Positions 29,246 through 33,355 of a stretch of 33,355 nucleotides of DNA are shown piece by piece (within the stretch, counting starts at the first letter, position 1; every line of letters begins with the position of its first letter). The notes under the pieces are model-generated. The model was given only the letters and a program-made list of their open reading frames with translations, did no database searches and had not been told where the DNA came from. The DNA is from Spongiibacteraceae bacterium (lineage in GTDB: Bacteria; Pseudomonadota; Gammaproteobacteria; Pseudomonadales; CAMLJR01): assembly GCA_034004805.1 (NCBI GenBank), contig JAVEVZ010000002.1, positions 1-33,355 on the forward strand. The letters run 5' to 3'. The position numbers were made by a program, and so were the translations under genes.

Positions 29246-30400
29246 ATGTCCTATCTGACCGAAGCGTTACTGGTGGGCGGGTCCCAGGGGATCCTGCTGA
29301 GCCTGGTCATACTGAGCCTGCCGTCGGGCAATCCGCTGGCCAGCCGACTGCTGGCGAGCTACGTGGCACTGGAATCCCTGCTGCTGCTGTTATTGCATGT
29401 GACCTATATGCAGCCCGATCAGTCGCCACCGGTACTGGCGCGGCTGCTCTTTACTACCCGGGCCCTGAGCGGGCCGGCCCTCTACCTGTATGTCTGCGCG
29501 CTGACCGAGCCGGGCTACCGGCTGCAGCGCCGCCATCTTGCACACCTGTGGGTACTGGTGTTCTCCACCACCTGGTTTGTTGTCCACGCCCTGGAGCCGG
29601 AGTGGATGACACTCTCCACTCGCGAGTTGCAACTGCTGCCGGAAACGGTGGCGATGTCCTCCTACCAGAGCCTGCTGATGCTGTTCTACGCGCTGGCCGC
29701 GCGCCAGCGCCTGCTGCACCACGACCGCCGGGTCAAGCAGGCCCTGTCCGCCCTGGACAGCGTGGGCCTGCGCTGGCTGCTGTGGCTGGTGACGGCGCTG
29801 ATCGCGGTCAGCGTGGCCCACCTCAGCCTGGATGTGCTGCGCCTGCAGGACCTGATAGACGCGCCGGCCAAGGCTTGGACCAATCTCGCCATGACCCTGA
29901 CCGTGGTCTACCTGATCTCCCTGGGGGGGCTGCGCCAGCCCCAGGTGTTCACCGAGCCGGTGCGGGTGGCACTGGCCGCCGTGGGCAATGCCGACAGCGC
30001 GGGAGACAGTGCCTCCGACGAGCGCAAATACCAAAAATCCGGCCTCGACGATGCGCGCCGGGCCGAGCTCTGGGCCCAACTGCAGGCCTTGATGAACGAC
30101 GAGGAGCCCTATCTCAACCCGACCCTGGACCTGCCCAAGCTCGCCGCCATGATGAGCGTGCGGCCCCAGGATCTCAGCGAGGTTATCAACAGCCAGTATG
30201 GCGGCAGCTTCTACGACCTGATCAACCACTGCCGGATCGATGCGGCCAAACGGCTCCTGAGTGAGCCGGGCGAGGCCCACCGCAAGATGCTGGATATCGC
30301 CCTGTCGGTGGGCTTCAGCAGCCAGTCGACCTATTACAACCAGTTCAAGAAACTGACCGGCATGACCCCCACCACTTTTCGCCAGGCGGCCGCCGACTAG
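29246..30400 (+). CDS. AraC-family transcriptional regulator with N-terminal multi-pass membrane domain
   Basis: 384-aa ORF. The first 230 aa or so contain about 6 hydrophobic helices (e.g. GILLSLVILSL, LLASYVALESLLLLLLHV, LWVLVFSTTWFVVHA, WLLWLVTALIAVSVAHL, LAMTLTVVYLISLGGL). C-terminal AraC HTH: LDLPKLAAMMSVRPQDLSEVIN...IALSVGFSSQSTYYNQFKKLTGMTPTTFR. Divergent from the receptor-sulfatase string. Confidence 0.88.
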   Translation: MSYLTEALLVGGSQGILLSLVILSLPSGNPLASRLLASYVALESLLLLLLHVTYMQPDQSPPVLARLLFTTRALSGPALYLYVCALTEPGYRLQRRHLAHLWVLVFSTTWFVVHALEPEWMTLSTRELQLLPETVAMSSYQSLLMLFYALAARQRLLHHDRRVKQALSALDSVGLRWLLWLVTALIAVSVAHLSLDVLRLQDLIDAPAKAWTNLAMTLTVVYLISLGGLRQPQVFTEPVRVALAAVGNADSAGDSASDERKYQKSGLDDARRAELWAQLQALMNDEEPYLNPTLDLPKLAAMMSVRPQDLSEVINSQYGGSFYDLINHCRIDAAKRLLSEPGEAHRKMLDIALSVGFSSQSTYYNQFKKLTGMTPTTFRQAAAD

Positions 30401-30527
30401 CGCCGGCGGGGGGCGCGAGCCCGCCGGGAGAATCCGCAGCCGCCACTTGCGCAGGCGGGGTGGGCGCTCCCTATACTGTGGTGCCGGCCCATCCGGCGGC
30501 AGCACCAGGCCCGGTCAGGATTCAAAC

Positions 30528-31013
30528 GTGAAAGGCATCCGCTTGAGTGAGGCGCAGGCCCGCTTTGTGCAGGGCGGTGTCTCCATCGTGATCAGTTCCC
30601 GGGACCGGCGACGGGTCCCGTCCCTCAGCCGCGCACTGGCCTGCCGGGTCGCGGATAATTTGCGCAGCATGCAGGTGCTGCTGGCGCGTTCCCAGTCCAT
30701 TCAGCTGCTGCAGGACATCGAAACCTGCGGTCGCGTCGCGGTAGTGTTTTGCCAGCCGTTCACCCATGAGACCTACCAGATCAAGAGTGATGACGCGCAG
30801 GTCCTGCCGGCGTGGGACCACGCTGAAGCCGACCGAATGACCCATGCCCGGGCGTTTGCCGACCATGTCATTCCCATGGGATTCAGCCGCGACTATGGGC
30901 TGGTCGTACACGCCGCCCGGATAGAGGACTGCGTTGCCGTCGGTTTCACGCCACAGGTGCTCTATGCCCAGACACCGGGGCCCGATGCCGGGGAGCGGAT
31001 TGCGCCGCCATGA
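30528..31013 (+). CDS. Pyridoxamine-5'-phosphate-oxidase-like (FMN-binding split-barrel) protein
   Basis: 161 aa from GTG 30528 (AGGA about 7 nt upstream); the track's TTG at 30447 is less likely. Pattern LSEAQARFVQGGVSIVISSRDRRRVPSLSRALACRV...GRVAVVFCQP...TYQIKS is typical of PNPOx-like split-barrel proteins. This is pattern recognition only. Confidence 0.55.
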   Translation: MKGIRLSEAQARFVQGGVSIVISSRDRRRVPSLSRALACRVADNLRSMQVLLARSQSIQLLQDIETCGRVAVVFCQPFTHETYQIKSDDAQVLPAWDHAEADRMTHARAFADHVIPMGFSRDYGLVVHAARIEDCVAVGFTPQVLYAQTPGPDAGERIAPP

Positions 31014-32332
31014 GCCTCTGCCTGGACGATATCCGCAGTTGCTTGGAGGGAGCGGTCCCCGCGACCCTGGCGAGCTGCGACCCCGACGGCGAGCCCAATG
31101 TGAGCTACGTCTCCCAGATCCATTATCTGGACGCCCGGCACGTGGCGCTGACCTTCCAGTTCTTCAACAAGACCCGTCGAAATATTCTCGCCAATCCGCA
31201 GGCCACGGCGCTGGTGCTGGATCCGGATAGCTGCGCGCGCTACCGGCTGGCGCTGTTGTACCGGCACACCGAGACCGAGGGCCCGGTGTTTGCCAGCCTC
31301 AAGGCCAAGCTCGCGGGCATTGCATCCCACTCCGGTATGGCCGAGGTGTTTCGGCTGCAGGGGGCGGACATCTATCAGGTCCTGGATGTTGAACGCGTGC
31401 CGGGGGAGCAGCTGCCGTCCTGTGCCGGGAAACGGCCCCTGCTGTCTGCCATCCGTCGCATTGCCGCGGTGCTCTCTGAAGCCCGCGACATCCCGGGCCT
31501 GTTCGACGGCCTGCTGGCCGGGGTGGACCGCGAGATGGGGATCCGCCACGGCATGGTGCTGCTGTGGGACAGGGCGACGGACTGCCTGTTTACCGTCGCC
31601 AGCCGGGGCTATGCCGACACCGGAATCGGCGCTGAAATTCCCCTGGGCTACGGTGTCGTCGGCGTGGCAATGGCGGAGCGCACGCCGATCCGGATTGCGC
31701 ACTTTGCGGCGGACTATGGCTACGTGGCGGCGATGCGTGAACACAGCCGCAGCGCCATGACCGGCGCGCTGGAAACGCGGATCCCCTTCCCCGGTCTGCC
31801 CCAGCCCCGCAGTCAGCTCGCGATACCTATCGGTGCGCAGGGCATCCTGTATGTGGAAAGTGACCAGGAGCTGCAGTTCCGCTACGACGACGAAGACGCC
31901 CTGCTCTTGCTGGCGTCACTGGCCGACGAGATCAGTCACCGGTTGCGCGCCGCCCAGGAAACCCTGGCGTCAGGGGACCACGCCAGCGCGGCGGACAGCC
32001 CTGCGGCCACCACCTTGCGGGTGCGCTACTACCCGGGCCACAGCAGCGTATTTATCGACGACGACTATCTGATCAAGGGCGTGGCCGGCGCAATTCTCTG
32101 GCGCCTGCTCACGGAATTTGCAGCCAGCGGCCGCTGTGATTTCAGCAACCGGGAACTGCGCCTGGACGCCAGCCTCAAGCTGCCGGACATCGATGACAAC
32201 CTGGAGTCCCGGCTGATTCTTCTGCAGCGCCGGGTGGCGGAGCGCGGCCGCGGCATTCGCCTGGAAAAGACCGGGCGAGGTCGCTTTCGCCTGCGTCTGC
32301 CCGGCCCTCTCCAACTGGAATGTGTCGATTAA
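31010..32332 (+). CDS. Three-domain protein: PNPOx-like split barrel + GAF + winged-helix-like (OmpR/SARP-type) C-terminus
   Basis: 440-aa ORF; its ATG overlaps the upstream stop (ATGA). aa 5-130: LASCDPDGEPNVSYVSQIHYLDARHVALTFQFFNKTRRNILANPQATALVLD (PNPOx-like). aa 143-312: GAF pattern (LLSAIRRIAAVLSEARDIPGLFDGLL...GYGVVGVAMAERTPIRIAHF...RSQLAIPIGAQGILYVESD...DEDALLLLASLADEIS). aa 335-432: LRVRYYPGHSSVFIDDDYLIKGVAGAILWRLLTEFAASGRCDFSNRELRL...DDNLESRLILLQRRVAE...GRGRFRL, which matches the spacing of Trans_reg_C-type winged helices. Confidence 0.7.
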   Translation: MSLCLDDIRSCLEGAVPATLASCDPDGEPNVSYVSQIHYLDARHVALTFQFFNKTRRNILANPQATALVLDPDSCARYRLALLYRHTETEGPVFASLKAKLAGIASHSGMAEVFRLQGADIYQVLDVERVPGEQLPSCAGKRPLLSAIRRIAAVLSEARDIPGLFDGLLAGVDREMGIRHGMVLLWDRATDCLFTVASRGYADTGIGAEIPLGYGVVGVAMAERTPIRIAHFAADYGYVAAMREHSRSAMTGALETRIPFPGLPQPRSQLAIPIGAQGILYVESDQELQFRYDDEDALLLLASLADEISHRLRAAQETLASGDHASAADSPAATTLRVRYYPGHSSVFIDDDYLIKGVAGAILWRLLTEFAASGRCDFSNRELRLDASLKLPDIDDNLESRLILLQRRVAERGRGIRLEKTGRGRFRLRLPGPLQLECVD

Positions 32333-32733
32333 GCGGCAGTCGCCGCAGTGGCATGTGTCGCGGCTGATCGGGGCCCAAGGAACAGCGCACACATCAACGC
32401 GAGGCCGACCAGCACGGTCACCGATGCAATGCCCAGTACCGGCTCAATCAGGCTCGCCTCGACGAAGCCTCCGTAAAGCAGGAACAGCCCCGCGAACAGG
32501 GCGGCGGATCCCAGCTGGTGGAGATAGAACTGCAGCCTCGCAATCCAGCTGCCGCGCGTATCGAGCCAGAGCCTGTGGCACAGGCCGTACATAAACGACA
32601 CCACGAAGCCCAGCAGCATGATATGGGCATGGGTCACCAGCTGGCCGTGGTTTTTCGTCGCTGACATATAGATGCCCAGCATCATGCCGATCATGGCGTA
32701 AGCCAGGCCGGCCACAACAAATTTTCGGTCCAT
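32329..32733 (-). CDS. Small 4-TM membrane protein with conserved-looking His residues (unknown function)
   Basis: 134-aa ORF with four hydrophobic helices (VVAGLAYAMIGMMLGIYM, THAHIMLLGFVVSFMYGLCH, LQFYLHQLGSAALFAGLFLLY, VLGIASVTVLVGLALMCALF). It contains an H-x-H and further His inside the helices. The alanine- and threonine-rich low-complexity tail makes the exact C-terminus uncertain. Confidence 0.5.
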   Translation of the reverse strand: MDRKFVVAGLAYAMIGMMLGIYMSATKNHGQLVTHAHIMLLGFVVSFMYGLCHRLWLDTRGSWIARLQFYLHQLGSAALFAGLFLLYGGFVEASLIEPVLGIASVTVLVGLALMCALFLGPRSAATHATAATAA

Positions 32734-32955
32734 GGAAGTGTCCTCTTCTGACCATTGCGCACGGGGCGCGGGCCCGCTGGCACTGCGTCCGTGAGCTGTG
32801 TTTACGGGACTTGCAGCCTAGCGTCAGAGGCCCCGTCGGTTTACTGAATTGTTCCTAGATGATCCCTAAATTTTTACTAAGGCTCGGCGGGCGGCGCCGG
32901 TGTTATGTTGTGCGGTGACCGGGAAATGCCACTGTGACTGCCAAGGAGAATGTGC

Positions 32956-33355
32956 ATGACGGACGCGGTATTACTGACTATCCAGGACGGGATAGGCCTG
33001 ATCACCTTCAATCGTCCCGACACGCTGAACGTGCTGGACAACGCGATGATCGACGGGCTGGGTGCGGCCTTTAAGCGCTGCGATGCAGACGACGCGGTCA
33101 AGGTGGTGGTGATGACGGGCGCCGGCCGCGCCTTCTGTGCCGGGGCGGACCTGTCCGGCGGTGCCAAGGCCTTCGACACGTATGACGACCCGGACTTCAG
33201 CTCCTGCCCGCTGCCCATGCAGGCCTGGGAAGTGCGCAAGCCGGTAATTGCCGCGGTCAACGGCCACGCCGTCGGCGTCGGCCTCAGCCAGGCGGCCCAG
33301 GCCGATCTGCGGGTGTTTGCCGATGAGGGCAAATACGGGTTTTTGCAGAACCGGC
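32956..33355 (+). CDS. Enoyl-CoA hydratase/isomerase (crotonase) family protein, N-terminal part (runs off the right edge)
   Basis: Not in the ORF track because it is truncated. AAGGAG at 32943-32948, then ATG at 32956. My translation: MTDAVLLTIQDGIGLITFNRPDTLNVLDNAMIDGLGAAFKRCDADDAVKVVVMTGAGRAFCAGADLSGG...VRKPVIAAVNGHAVGVGLSQAAQADLRV, i.e. the classical crotonase oxyanion-hole motifs. Confidence 0.9.
   Translation, partial: MTDAVLLTIQDGIGLITFNRPDTLNVLDNAMIDGLGAAFKRCDADDAVKVVVMTGAGRAFCAGADLSGGAKAFDTYDDPDFSSCPLPMQAWEVRKPVIAAVNGHAVGVGLSQAAQADLRVFADEGKYGFLQNR

Noticed and set aside
30403-30427. 8-bp GC hairpin (ccggcggg-N9-cccgccgg) just after the AraC stop, and a TTGCGC-N19-TATACT promoter-like pair at 30447-30477 ahead of the PNPOx-like gene.
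   Set aside because: The hairpin lacks a T tract. The promoter spacer (19 nt) is longer than optimal and the -35 match is weak. Both are plausible but too weak to report as features.

Overview
This window is the replication-origin neighbourhood of a GC-rich gammaproteobacterial chromosome. The gene order resembles Pseudomonas/Cellvibrionales-type genomes, but the taxon is inference only.

Layout, left to right:
- parA (partial), rsmG and mnmG on the minus strand.
- A 368-bp AT-rich region with DnaA boxes.
- A visibly lower-GC three-gene block on the minus strand: TonB-dependent receptor, orphan periplasmic binding protein, hybrid histidine kinase.
- mnmE, yidC, yidD, rnpA and rpmH on the minus strand.
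- A second, stronger DnaA-box cluster, located exactly where gene orientation switches.
- dnaA, dnaN, recF and gyrB on the plus strand.
- An accessory stretch: GFA-family protein, a decayed GST fragment, a cupin, a PTP-like protein, a coupled DUF2868-like membrane protein plus DUF3482-like GTPase, a DUF1214-like protein, a secreted AtsA-type arylsulfatase, a second TonB-dependent receptor, a membrane-anchored AraC regulator, a coupled pair of PNPOx-like proteins (the second fused to GAF and a winged-helix-like C-terminus), a small His-containing membrane protein, and the start of an enoyl-CoA hydratase.

I saw no tRNA, rRNA, CRISPR array, transposase or integrase by eye.

The most interesting uncharacterised candidates are:
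- the membrane-protein/GTPase pair (20879-23714);
- the PNPOx / PNPOx-GAF-wHTH pair (30528-32332);
- the receptor/binding-protein/kinase triad inserted in the origin core (3309-8032);
- the two separate DnaA-box clusters about 9 kb apart.

All family assignments come from motif recognition by eye, not from database searches.
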